A stretch of 64,000 nucleotides of DNA from Gemmatimonadales bacterium (GTDB lineage: Bacteria; Gemmatimonadota; Gemmatimonadetes; Gemmatimonadales; GWC2-71-9): assembly GCA_037189525.1 (NCBI GenBank), contig JBBCJC010000001.1, forward strand, positions 32,001 through 96,000. The letters run 5' to 3'. Both the position numbers and the translations under genes were made by a program. The first letter of the stretch is position 1. Each line of letters opens with the position of its first letter. The notes under the pieces were generated by a model. That model was not told where the DNA came from and did not search any database. It saw nothing but the letters and a program-made list of their open reading frames with translations. Positions 1 to 9,010 of the stretch are shown here, piece by piece.

Positions 1-308
1 CAGCAACCGCTGATGCGAAGCAATTGATCGCTCAGTTTGATAGAATCGGGTATCCGGCGCGGTGGCTCACGACCGTCTTCGACGGAAACGCCAGGGTCTG
101 GACGCTCAAAGAAGACATCGTCGGTAACGTTCGCCGGCCTATGCTGCTGGTCTTTGGTACCGTGGACTTCGTACTTCTCATCGCCTGCGGCAACGTTGCC
201 AACCTGATGCTCGTCCGTGCTGAGCAGAGGCACCGGGAGTATGCAGTACGGCAGGCGTTGGGAGCCGGCAGAGGGTGCTCGTTCAGATCCGCGGGCTTCG
301 GCGTATGA
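1..308 (+). pseudogene. Truncated ADOP/MacB-FtsX-type ABC permease fragment (enters from window edge)
   Basis: Frame is open from the window start. It carries the ADOP motif [17 protein letters not shown]...[14 protein letters not shown], then degenerates and stops at 308. The intact paralogs at 19.8 kb and 32.5 kb continue for hundreds of residues after this motif. Confidence 0.7.
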
Positions 309-342
309 ACTAAGTTGCCCCTGGAGTCGACGGACCGTACCT

Positions 343-1410
343 ATGCCAGTTCCGATTCAGTTCGTCACCACCAGTGATGGGGTCCGTATCGCCTTCGGCA
401 CGGTGGGCGAAGGGTCTGCAATCGTCTTTGCCTCGAACATCTTTGGCGACCTGGGTTCCTATCTCGCGGGGTGGCCAGGTACGGCCGCCCTGATCAATCA
501 CCTCGCCGCCGTGGGCTGGCGCGTCGTCATCTACGACGTGCGGGGGATGGGAGCTTCCGATCGCGATGTGGACGCGCTCGACCTCGCCGCCCGCGTCCGC
601 GACCTCACGGCGGTGGTGGAGGCGCTCGGCCTCGATCGCTTCGCCCTGGGAGCATACGACATCGGGGCCGCAACGGCCGTCGCCTACGCAACCGACCATC
701 CCGAGCGTGTCGCTCGGCTCCTCCTCATCAGTCCCTGGGCATCCGGCGCAAAGTACCTCCAACTTCCCAAGCTGCGCGCCGCCTATGCGTCCGAGCCGGT
801 TGTCGACCGAGACATGACGCTGTTCGCCAGGATTCTCGGAAGCGTCGCGACGTCGTTTGAGGACATCGACCTGGTGCAACTCCTGACGAATCGAATTGTG
901 AAGGACTCATCACCCGCCGGCCTCGCCGCCTACAACGATGCGAACCGAGATATCGAGATCGGCCACCTGTTACCGGACGTTCGGATGCCCACGCTCGTCG
1001 TGCATGAGCCGGCCTTTCCGTTCGGATCGTTCGACCTCTGCCAGGAGGTGGCAGCCGGAATACCGGGAGCACGTCTGGTCGTCGCCCACGGCAATTCCCT
1101 CGCCGGCCGTGACCACCAGGGACTCATCCAGGCCGTCACGGGATTTCTACCCGGCCAAACACCGCCCGTTTCCACGCAGTTGCGCAGGGGCGTCCCATCC
1201 GCAGCGAGCGACCTGACGGAACGGGAGCTCGAAGTGCTGCGACATCTCGCTTCCGGGGCAACCAATAAGGAGATTGCCGCGGGCCTTCGGATTGCCGTAA
1301 CGACCGTGGAACGACATCTCGCCAACCTCTATCGCAAGATCGGCGCGCGGGGGCGTGCCGATGCGATTGCGTACGTGTTCCGCCACCTGCGTCCAGACGG
1401 GTCAGACTAG
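343..1410 (+). CDS. Alpha/beta-hydrolase-fold domain fused to C-terminal LuxR HTH (transcriptional regulator)
   Basis: YDVRGMGASD hydrolase motif; C-terminal LTERELEVLRHLASGATNKEIA...TVERHLANLYRKIG LuxR HTH. ATG at 343 preferred over the ORF start at 217. Confidence 0.85.
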   Translation: MPVPIQFVTTSDGVRIAFGTVGEGSAIVFASNIFGDLGSYLAGWPGTAALINHLAAVGWRVVIYDVRGMGASDRDVDALDLAARVRDLTAVVEALGLDRFALGAYDIGAATAVAYATDHPERVARLLLISPWASGAKYLQLPKLRAAYASEPVVDRDMTLFARILGSVATSFEDIDLVQLLTNRIVKDSSPAGLAAYNDANRDIEIGHLLPDVRMPTLVVHEPAFPFGSFDLCQEVAAGIPGARLVVAHGNSLAGRDHQGLIQAVTGFLPGQTPPVSTQLRRGVPSAASDLTERELEVLRHLASGATNKEIAAGLRIAVTTVERHLANLYRKIGARGRADAIAYVFRHLRPDGSD

Positions 1411-1493
1411 CTGCCACCTGCATGTTTCGTCTCATCGGCGACTACATGGTTGCCAGGATGCACGAATTCCCGGCGTCACGTACTCTTGCGAGC

Positions 1494-2234
1494 ATGAGCG
1501 ACGAGGTCGCCGTTCCCGGAACATCCGTCGAGAGCCGAGCCGTCCATCGATCGTGGCGGATATCGTGGCGACGGCACTTCTTTTCGTGGTTCGCGATCGC
1601 GTGTGCAATCGTCGTCTTTGCCGGCTTTGCGCCGACGTACTTCCTCCGGGCCGCATCCGACCAGCCACCGCTCTCCGCGCCGGTTCACCTGCACGGCGCG
1701 CTCAATACCGCCTGGATCCTCCTGCTCATCGTACAAACCCGGCTGGTCGCCGCCAGACGCATCGCGATGCACCGCGCCCTCGGCGTCGGGGGCGCGGTGC
1801 TCGCAGGCTCGATGCTCATCGTCGGCTACCAGGTCGCGATCGACTTCGGTCGACGGACGGCGGATACGCCGATCGCGAAATTCCTGATCATTCCGATGGG
1901 AGGGCTGCTCGTCTTCGCAGTGCTGGTCGGCGCCGGCTTGCTACTACGACGGCGGGCCGAGAGTCACAAGCGCCTGATGGCCCTGGCAACGATCGAGTTG
2001 CTGAATGCCGCGGTCGACCGACTGCCCGGCGTGATGGCGGCAGGACTGGCGCCATTTTACTACGGGACCGACCTGCTCCTGCTGGCGCTCGTCGCTCACG
2101 ATGTCATTACCCTCCGCCGGATTCACCCGGCAACGGTTTGGGGAGGCGGGTTCCTCGTCTTGTCACAAGTCCTGCGAGTGCAGCTGCTGGATAGCCCGCA
2201 AGGGCTGGCGATTGCGCAGTGGCTTACGAGGTAA
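1494..2234 (+). CDS. Multi-pass membrane protein with conserved His (HRxLG / HKRLM type), function unknown
   Basis: About 7 hydrophobic segments with motifs VHLHG, MHRALG, HKRLM, IHPA; start uncertain (1422-1494). Confidence 0.75.
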   Translation: MSDEVAVPGTSVESRAVHRSWRISWRRHFFSWFAIACAIVVFAGFAPTYFLRAASDQPPLSAPVHLHGALNTAWILLLIVQTRLVAARRIAMHRALGVGGAVLAGSMLIVGYQVAIDFGRRTADTPIAKFLIIPMGGLLVFAVLVGAGLLLRRRAESHKRLMALATIELLNAAVDRLPGVMAAGLAPFYYGTDLLLLALVAHDVITLRRIHPATVWGGGFLVLSQVLRVQLLDSPQGLAIAQWLTR

Positions 2235-2416
2235 CCGAGCGCCACGCCATCGACCCAGCGCTCGCCGTCATCGAAACACGATCTTCGGGATGCCCTCCCA
2301 TCCACCGGTCCCATTGGCGACCACCTCGTCGCCCGGCAATGACATCTCGGAGCAGTTCCCCTGCCAAGTGTGCGTTACCTCACAGCCCGGAGTTGCTACC
2401 AGGGTTAGGTTGGATC

Positions 2417-3340
2417 ATGCGCCGAACGACCGCCACCCTCCTCACCGCCGCCCTGTTTGGCTGCGGGAGCGAGCCGCTGCCCCCCGAGCCGCCAGTCGCG
2501 GCAGACCCCGCTGGCCTGCGTGTCAGCCTCGGAGGTCCCGATCACCTGCTGCTGGGCAGGACCACCCGGGTCCAGGTTGGCGCCTACCGGCAGAGCGGCA
2601 CCCCGGTGGAGATCGACGGCAGGATCTCCTTCCGCTCGACCGTGCCTCAGGCGCTGACCGTCGACACCGCTGGACTGGTGACCGTAGCTGACTCGGGCAG
2701 CGGATACATCGTAGCAAGCGCGGAAGTTGGCGGCCGGACCCTGGCCGACTCGGTGCGCATCGTCGGGGTCGATCCGGGATTCCAGCTCCGCATTGCGCAG
2801 CCGGGGCATCCTCACCACTACAACGTTCCGCAAACCGGACCGATCGTCGTCACGGCACTCAGCCGACACGGCGATACTATTCCATCTCCGCTGCCCGTCA
2901 CCGTCCGGTCGTCTGACACCTCGGTCTACCGTGTCAACGCGGATGGCACCATCTCCGCGATCTACCCTGGCGAGGCCTACATCATCGCTTCGGCCATGAC
3001 GCCCTACGGCGAGGTGGCCGATTCGCTCAGGATGCTGGCGGTCTGTGTCGGCATCCAGATGGATCTGGCCGAGCGCCCGGCAAACCCGTTCCGCGTAGGC
3101 ATGTCGTTTCCGATGGAAGCCACGATTCGGATCTGTAATCAGGCGATCGAGATCCGTCCCCCAACCAGTTGGCAATCCTCGAACCCCGAGATCGTCGAGA
3201 TCGATTCCGTCAACCGGAAAGTGCGCGCAGTAGCCCCGGGTCATGCCACGATCGTGGTGACCGCATTTCACAATGGTTCGGCAATCCAGTTGAACCACAT
3301 CCCCCTCACGGTCGAGCCGGCGATCGACGACCCGGAGTAA
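2417..3340 (+). CDS. Lipoprotein with tandem Ig-like (Big_2-like) domains
   Basis: Signal peptide MRRTTATLLTAALFG-C; three repeated units resembling Big_2 (FRSTVPQALTVDTAGLVT, RSSDTSVYRVNADGTI, WQSSNPEIVEID...AVAPGHATIVV). Confidence 0.75.
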   Translation: MRRTTATLLTAALFGCGSEPLPPEPPVAADPAGLRVSLGGPDHLLLGRTTRVQVGAYRQSGTPVEIDGRISFRSTVPQALTVDTAGLVTVADSGSGYIVASAEVGGRTLADSVRIVGVDPGFQLRIAQPGHPHHYNVPQTGPIVVTALSRHGDTIPSPLPVTVRSSDTSVYRVNADGTISAIYPGEAYIIASAMTPYGEVADSLRMLAVCVGIQMDLAERPANPFRVGMSFPMEATIRICNQAIEIRPPTSWQSSNPEIVEIDSVNRKVRAVAPGHATIVVTAFHNGSAIQLNHIPLTVEPAIDDPE

Positions 3341-3407
3341 GGGCCGCCCCCCGCGCGCATTGCCGCAGCCGGGTGTCGTAGTTGCGCTACCGGAAATTGT
3401 ATCTCAC

Positions 3408-3419
3408 ATTGTATACAAT
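3408..3419. promoter_or_regulatory. Perfect palindrome ATTGTATACAAT, GntR-like operator upstream of serine hydrolase
   Basis: 12-bp palindrome in an AT-rich patch 47 bp upstream of ATG 3467. Confidence 0.5.
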
Positions 3420-3466
3420 AACCGGACCTCCCCGTCCCTCCGACAACCGTCTCCCGAGGACCCATC

Positions 3467-5443
3467 ATGAAAGCCTGCATCACGGGCTGCGTCGCGCTCA
3501 TTCTCTTCTCTGCCGGCGGCGTTCACGCCCAGCAAACCCGGCTGCAGGTCGGGAAGCCCGTGTCTGCGACGCTGGCAGCGAACGATACGCTCCGGTATGA
3601 ACTCGACTTGCCGGCGCGCCATTTTGTCGCCGGTCGCGTGGATCAGGACGGCGTGGACGCCACGGTGACGGTTACCGGACCGGCGGGCACCCGTGGGTTT
3701 CGAGGCGCCCGCGTCGGACGGGGCGGCCCTGAGGCGTTTGCCTTCGTGACGGATAGTGTTGCCGGCCGGTACACCATCGCGATTGCGCCCGCGACGGCCG
3801 GCAGCAGCGGCGCCGTGCGGGTGCAGCTGACCCGATCCGAGCCTGCGGCAACGACGCCGGCAGGCAAGGTGGACCAGGCTGCCGCCCAGTTGTACAAAGA
3901 CACGCCAGGCGCCGTCGTAGGCGTGATCCAGGGCGGCAAGCTGACGTTTGTGAAAGGCTATGGCGCCGCGGACCTGACCAACGGTCTGCCGTTTACGGCC
4001 GAGACGCCGACCAACATCGGTTCCACCTCGAAGCAGTTCACCGGATTCGCGCTCGCCCTGCTGGCGTCACAGGGCAAGCTGTCCCTCGACGACGACGTGC
4101 GGAAGCATATTCCCGAGCTCAAGGATTTCGGCACGAAGATCACCCTGCGGCATCTGCTGACGCATACCACCGGCTACCGCGAGTTCATCAACACCTTGCT
4201 CATCGAAGGACGGCAGGTGATGGAGGGGGACTACATCGCGCCGGATGAAGTCATCAAGGTGCTCAACCGGCAACCCACCCTGCAGAACGTCCCCGGCGCG
4301 GAGTTCAACTACAATAACTCCGCATTCAGCCTGGCGACGATCGTGGTGGAACGGGTCACCGGCCGCCCGTTCGCCGAATGGATGCGCGACGAAGTGTTCC
4401 TGCCGCTGGGCATGACGAAGACCTGGGTTCGCGCGAGCCCGGGCCAGATCATCCCCAACCGAACGGTTGGCTATCAGGCGGGAGCGTTCGGCTTCCGAGA
4501 GGTGCGCGATCTCCACGGATCGGCGGGCGCGGGCGGCATCTATACGACACCCGGAGACGCCGCCAAGTGGATGCACAATTTCAAGACCGGAGCGTTAGGC
4601 GGACCGGCCGTCATCAAGGAGATGACGACGTCGTTCGTGCTCAACGATGGTAAGCCCGCAAACTACGGATACGGCCTGTTTCTCGGCACGACCCGCGGCC
4701 TGAAGCAATGGCAGCACGGCGGTAATGATATCGCCCACAGCTCGACCTTCGTGTACTACCCCGACCTCGACGCCGGGTACGTCGTGTTCAGCAACTACCA
4801 GGGCGTTCCGGGAGGTATTGCCGGTGTCGTGGCCGAGTCGTTCTTCGGCCAGCACATGACGGCGGCGCCGCAGCGCCCGAGCGCAACCGCGGCGGCGGGC
4901 GTCGAGGTGCCTGGTGCGACGTTGCGCCGCTATGCGGGCAAATATCAGATGACGACGCTCGGCGACATGGTTCTGACCGTGGAATTGCAGGGCGGCCAGC
5001 TGCGTCTCCAGTTGCCGGGCCAGCCGGCGCTGCCGCTCCGGGCCACCTCTGCGACCTCCTTCGACGGGGTCGGCGCACCGGTCAAGATCACCTTCAACAC
5101 GGCTGAGGACGGACCGGCCCAGGGCATTACCCTGGAGCAGAATGGTGAGCACATCGGCAAGCGCGTCGAAGCGCAGACAGTGGACCTCAACAGCTTCGCA
5201 GGTCGTTACTTCAGCGAGGAGCTCGAGACCTTCTACGACCTGAGCGTGGAGAAGGACCAACTCGTCATTCGGCATCGCCGATTCGGACCCGCCCCGCTGA
5301 CGCACACCAATGGGGACAACTTCACCGGGACGTTGCCGGTGAGCCAGGTTGCCTTCCGCCGCGATGCGCAGGGCAAGGTGACCGGCTTCGAGGCCGGGAA
5401 CGGCCGGGCCCGCGGGATCCTGTTCGAACGCGTCGGGCGCTAG
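3467..5443 (+). CDS. Exported serine hydrolase, beta-lactamase/AmpC-like family, with N-terminal PPC-like domain and C-terminal DUF3471-like barrels
   Basis: Signal peptide; SxxK (GSTSKQF), LLTHTTG, YxN (FNYNN), HGG motifs; GAGGA SD. Confidence 0.85.
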   Translation: MKACITGCVALILFSAGGVHAQQTRLQVGKPVSATLAANDTLRYELDLPARHFVAGRVDQDGVDATVTVTGPAGTRGFRGARVGRGGPEAFAFVTDSVAGRYTIAIAPATAGSSGAVRVQLTRSEPAATTPAGKVDQAAAQLYKDTPGAVVGVIQGGKLTFVKGYGAADLTNGLPFTAETPTNIGSTSKQFTGFALALLASQGKLSLDDDVRKHIPELKDFGTKITLRHLLTHTTGYREFINTLLIEGRQVMEGDYIAPDEVIKVLNRQPTLQNVPGAEFNYNNSAFSLATIVVERVTGRPFAEWMRDEVFLPLGMTKTWVRASPGQIIPNRTVGYQAGAFGFREVRDLHGSAGAGGIYTTPGDAAKWMHNFKTGALGGPAVIKEMTTSFVLNDGKPANYGYGLFLGTTRGLKQWQHGGNDIAHSSTFVYYPDLDAGYVVFSNYQGVPGGIAGVVAESFFGQHMTAAPQRPSATAAAGVEVPGATLRRYAGKYQMTTLGDMVLTVELQGGQLRLQLPGQPALPLRATSATSFDGVGAPVKITFNTAEDGPAQGITLEQNGEHIGKRVEAQTVDLNSFAGRYFSEELETFYDLSVEKDQLVIRHRRFGPAPLTHTNGDNFTGTLPVSQVAFRRDAQGKVTGFEAGNGRARGILFERVGR

Positions 5444-5674
5444 CGTCGAACATGCTGTTTGCCAGCGGCAACCCGCGCTTCCTCGTGTGCATCGGGAAGC
5501 GCGGGCGCTGGTCAACCTGAACCGATCCGTCGGCGCGGCCAATGTCGTCCGCGCCGACGCGGCTTGACGGAAGCAAGTCCACCACGACATCATCCGCACG
5601 CGGCCGTGGCCCTGCCCGGCACACCCGTTGGCGACGATCGCCCCCTCGCCCCCACCTTACGATTGGCAAGACCG

Positions 5675-8600
5675 ATGCGGCTCCACTTCCAGCTCTCCCG
5701 TTGTTCATGCATCACCGTCCCGGCGCTGTTCGCCCTCACGGTCTGGGCATCCGCTCCGCTCGCCGCGCAAACGGACTCGATCGCTCGGCGGCCGAGCGGG
5801 GCGCTGCCCCTCAGCCCCACGCGCACGGTGTCGTTCACGACGACGGAAGGGACCTGGATGTCGCTCGACGTCTCGCCCGACGGCCGGACCATCATCTTCG
5901 ACCTGCTGGGCGATCTCTATACGCTCCCGATCACCGGCGGTGAAGCGACGCGCCTGACCGACGGTCCGGCCATGGACGGGCAGCCGCGCTACTCGCCGGA
6001 CGGACGCCAGATCGTGTTCACGAGCGACCGCAACGGCGGTGAGCAGGTCTGGCTGATGGACAGCGACGGCCGGAACGCTCGGCCCATCACTCGAGGTGAC
6101 AACGGGCACTATGTCTCGCCGGACTGGACACCCGATGGCCGTTACATCGTGGCGTCACGCAATGTCTCACAGACGGCCGCCTTCGGCGACGCGTATGACC
6201 TCTATCTCTATCATGTCCAGGGCGGATCGGGCATTCGGTTGACCGGCGCCGTCACCGCGGGCAGCGGGCCTGGCGGCGGGATTCAGAACGCCGTGGGCGC
6301 GGCGTTTGGTCCGGATGGGCGCCACCTGTACTTTGCCCGCAAGAGCGGAGGCTGGGGGTACAACCTCCAGCTGCCCGGCTGGCAGATCGCAGCGCTCGAT
6401 CGGGAGACGGGGCGGACGGCGGCGCTCACCAACATGCAGGGGAGCGCGATGCGGCCGGCCGTCAGTCCCGATGGTCGCTGGTTGGCCTATGCCACGCGGA
6501 TCGATACCACGACGGTGCTCCGCCTTCGCGAGATCGAGACCGGCGATGAGGTCACCCTGGCGCCGCGGATCCAGCGCGACGACCAGGAATCGCGCTGGAC
6601 CCGCGACCTCGTGCCGGGCTATGCGTTTACGCCGGACAGTCGCGCGATCGTGTTCACGCGCGACGGCCGGTTCTGGCGGGTGGAGGTGCCGTCGGGGCGC
6701 GAAACCGCGATCCCGTTCGAGGCGCGCATCGAGCAGCGTCTCGGGCCGCTGGTTCGGTTCCCGCTTCGTGAGAACGACTCCGTGCTCACCGTGCGGCAGA
6801 TTCGCAGCCCGCGCCCCTCGCCCGACGGGAAGCGTCTGGCCTTCTCGGCGCTCGACCGGATCTGGGTGATGGATCTGCCGAACGGTCCCCCCCGTCGCTT
6901 GACCGCAGCAACCGTGGGCGAGTTCGACCCCGCGTGGTCGCCGGACGGACAGTTCATCGCCTACGTGACCTGGTCGGACGAACGCGGAGGCGACGTGTTC
7001 CGGGCTCGGAGCGACGGTCGGGGCGCGCCCGAACGGCTCACGCAGCGGCCGGCGCTCTACCAGCGGCTCGCCTACACACCCGACGGTACCAGGCTGGTCA
7101 CGATCCGTGGTCCGCATCAGGCGCGTCTCGAGGATCGGCGCAGCGTGTTCGGTGGCGACGAGCTGGTCTGGCTTCCCTCGGGCGGCGGGGTCGCAACGGT
7201 GATCGCGCCGGTAAGCGGGGCGCACGATCCGCACTTCGTCTCGGGAAGCGACCGGGTCTACCTGTTCGACGGCGGTGTCCTCAAATCGATGGCGCTCGAC
7301 GGCTCCGCCGTACGCGAGCATGTCCGAGTCACGGGGTATGCGCAGCAGACGTCTGGACAGCCGCGTCCGCCGGCGCAGGCGTCGGAAGTACTGATGGCGC
7401 CGGACGGCGAACACGTGATCGCCACGGTGACGAACAACGTCTACCACTTCCCGGTGCCGCTGACCGGCACGGAGGCACCCCCGACCGTGTCGGTTGCCAA
7501 TCCGGCGTCGGCACCGCTGCCGGTACGCCGGCTGACGCGCGTCGGCGGCGACTTCATCAGCTGGGCTCGGGACGGCCGCTCGTTCCACTACGCGCTCGGC
7601 AACGCCTTCTTCACCTACGACCTCGGAGCCTCCGCCGAACCGGCGCGAGATTCGACAACGCCGTACGAAGCTGCCCGCATCGACGTCGTCATCACGGTAC
7701 CGCGCGACCGCCCGTCGGGCACCGTGGCGCTCGTCGGGGCGCGCATCATCCCGGTCGCGGGCAATGTGATCGAACGTGGAACCGTGCTCGTGCGTGGTAA
7801 TCGCATCGCGGCAGTAGGCGCGGTCGACGCCGTGACGATTCCCGCAGATGCACGGCGGATCGACGTGACAGGCAAGACGATCCTCCCGGGATGGGTCGAC
7901 ATCCACTCCCACATGGGCGCGCCGAGCGGCGTCCATCGCACCAACGTGTGGGCCTACCGCGCCAACCTCGCCTACGGGGTCACCACGACACGCAATCCGC
8001 AGACGGGGACGACCGATATCCTGTCGTACGGCGACCTGGTGGAGACGGGCGCCATCCTCGGTCCACGGCTCTACTCGACCGGCCCCGGCGTTTTCGCGCA
8101 GGAGAACATCCGGAGCCTCGACGACGCCCGGGATGTGCTGCGGCGCTACGCGGAGTTCTATCGGACCCATACGATCAAACAGTACGAGACGGGGCAGCGC
8201 AACGTGAGGCAGTGGATCATCATGGCCGCACGGGAGCTCGGCCTGATGCCGACGACGGAAGGAAGCCTGGATCTCGAGATGAATATCACCGAGCTCCTCG
8301 ACGGGTACTCCGGACACGAGCACAACTTCCCGATCACGCCGCTGTTCGAGGATGTCGTCCAGCTTACCGCACAAAGCGGCACGACCTATACGCCCACGCT
8401 CCTCGTGGTCTATGGCGGTCCCTGGACTGAGAACTACTGGTACGAACGGTACGACATCCGCGCCGACGCCAAGATGCGGCGCTTCGTACCGCCGGACGAT
8501 CTCGATCAGCGCGCGCTCCGCAGGCCGCAGTGGTTCAGCGAGAGCCAGTACATGCATCCGCAGATGGCGGCACAAGCCAAGAAAATCCTCGATGCGGGCG

Positions 8601-8935
8601 GAAAGGTAGCCCTGGGAAGCCACGGCCAGCTGCAGGGGCTGGGCGCGCACTGGGAACTCTGGTCGCTGGCGTCGGGCGGGATTCCACCGCTCGACGTGAT
8701 CCGGATCGGAACCCTGCTTGGTGCCGAGGGAATCGGTCTGGCCGACGACCTTGGCTCCCTCGAGCCTGGTAAGCTGGCGGATCTGCAGGTGCTGGATGCG
8801 AACCCGCTCGACGACATTCGCAACACCAATACCATCCGCTACGTGATGAAGAACGGCCGCCTCTACGACGGCGACACGCTGGCGGAAGTCTGGCCGCGCG
8901 TCACGACGCCGGACGCGCCCCGGTGGTTGCGGTGA
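5675..8935 (+). CDS. Exported amidohydrolase with TolB-like (PD40) beta-propeller N-terminus
   Basis: Many SPDG repeats; amidohydrolase motifs PGWVDIHSH, GVTT, LGSHGQ, GSLEPGKLADL. Confidence 0.88.
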   Translation: MRLHFQLSRCSCITVPALFALTVWASAPLAAQTDSIARRPSGALPLSPTRTVSFTTTEGTWMSLDVSPDGRTIIFDLLGDLYTLPITGGEATRLTDGPAMDGQPRYSPDGRQIVFTSDRNGGEQVWLMDSDGRNARPITRGDNGHYVSPDWTPDGRYIVASRNVSQTAAFGDAYDLYLYHVQGGSGIRLTGAVTAGSGPGGGIQNAVGAAFGPDGRHLYFARKSGGWGYNLQLPGWQIAALDRETGRTAALTNMQGSAMRPAVSPDGRWLAYATRIDTTTVLRLREIETGDEVTLAPRIQRDDQESRWTRDLVPGYAFTPDSRAIVFTRDGRFWRVEVPSGRETAIPFEARIEQRLGPLVRFPLRENDSVLTVRQIRSPRPSPDGKRLAFSALDRIWVMDLPNGPPRRLTAATVGEFDPAWSPDGQFIAYVTWSDERGGDVFRARSDGRGAPERLTQRPALYQRLAYTPDGTRLVTIRGPHQARLEDRRSVFGGDELVWLPSGGGVATVIAPVSGAHDPHFVSGSDRVYLFDGGVLKSMALDGSAVREHVRVTGYAQQTSGQPRPPAQASEVLMAPDGEHVIATVTNNVYHFPVPLTGTEAPPTVSVANPASAPLPVRRLTRVGGDFISWARDGRSFHYALGNAFFTYDLGASAEPARDSTTPYEAARIDVVITVPRDRPSGTVALVGARIIPVAGNVIERGTVLVRGNRIAAVGAVDAVTIPADARRIDVTGKTILPGWVDIHSHMGAPSGVHRTNVWAYRANLAYGVTTTRNPQTGTTDILSYGDLVETGAILGPRLYSTGPGVFAQENIRSLDDARDVLRRYAEFYRTHTIKQYETGQRNVRQWIIMAARELGLMPTTEGSLDLEMNITELLDGYSGHEHNFPITPLFEDVVQLTAQSGTTYTPTLLVVYGGPWTENYWYERYDIRADAKMRRFVPPDDLDQRALRRPQWFSESQYMHPQMAAQAKKILDAGGKVALGSHGQLQGLGAHWELWSLASGGIPPLDVIRIGTLLGAEGIGLADDLGSLEPGKLADLQVLDANPLDDIRNTNTIRYVMKNGRLYDGDTLAEVWPRVTTPDAPRWLR

Positions 8936-9010
8936 GCGCCCCCGCCGCAGGGTGGGACGCAGCGGGGTAGCAGCGGAAACGCCATACCGCCCGGCCACGA
9001 GCCGGCGGAA

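Noticed and set aside
6167..8998. 943-aa minus-strand ORF, and similar long antisense ORFs (46335-48872, 51544-53220, 9377-10675, 26461-27783)
   Set aside because: Shadow ORFs opposite well-supported genes; expected from high-GC codon bias; no recognisable motifs
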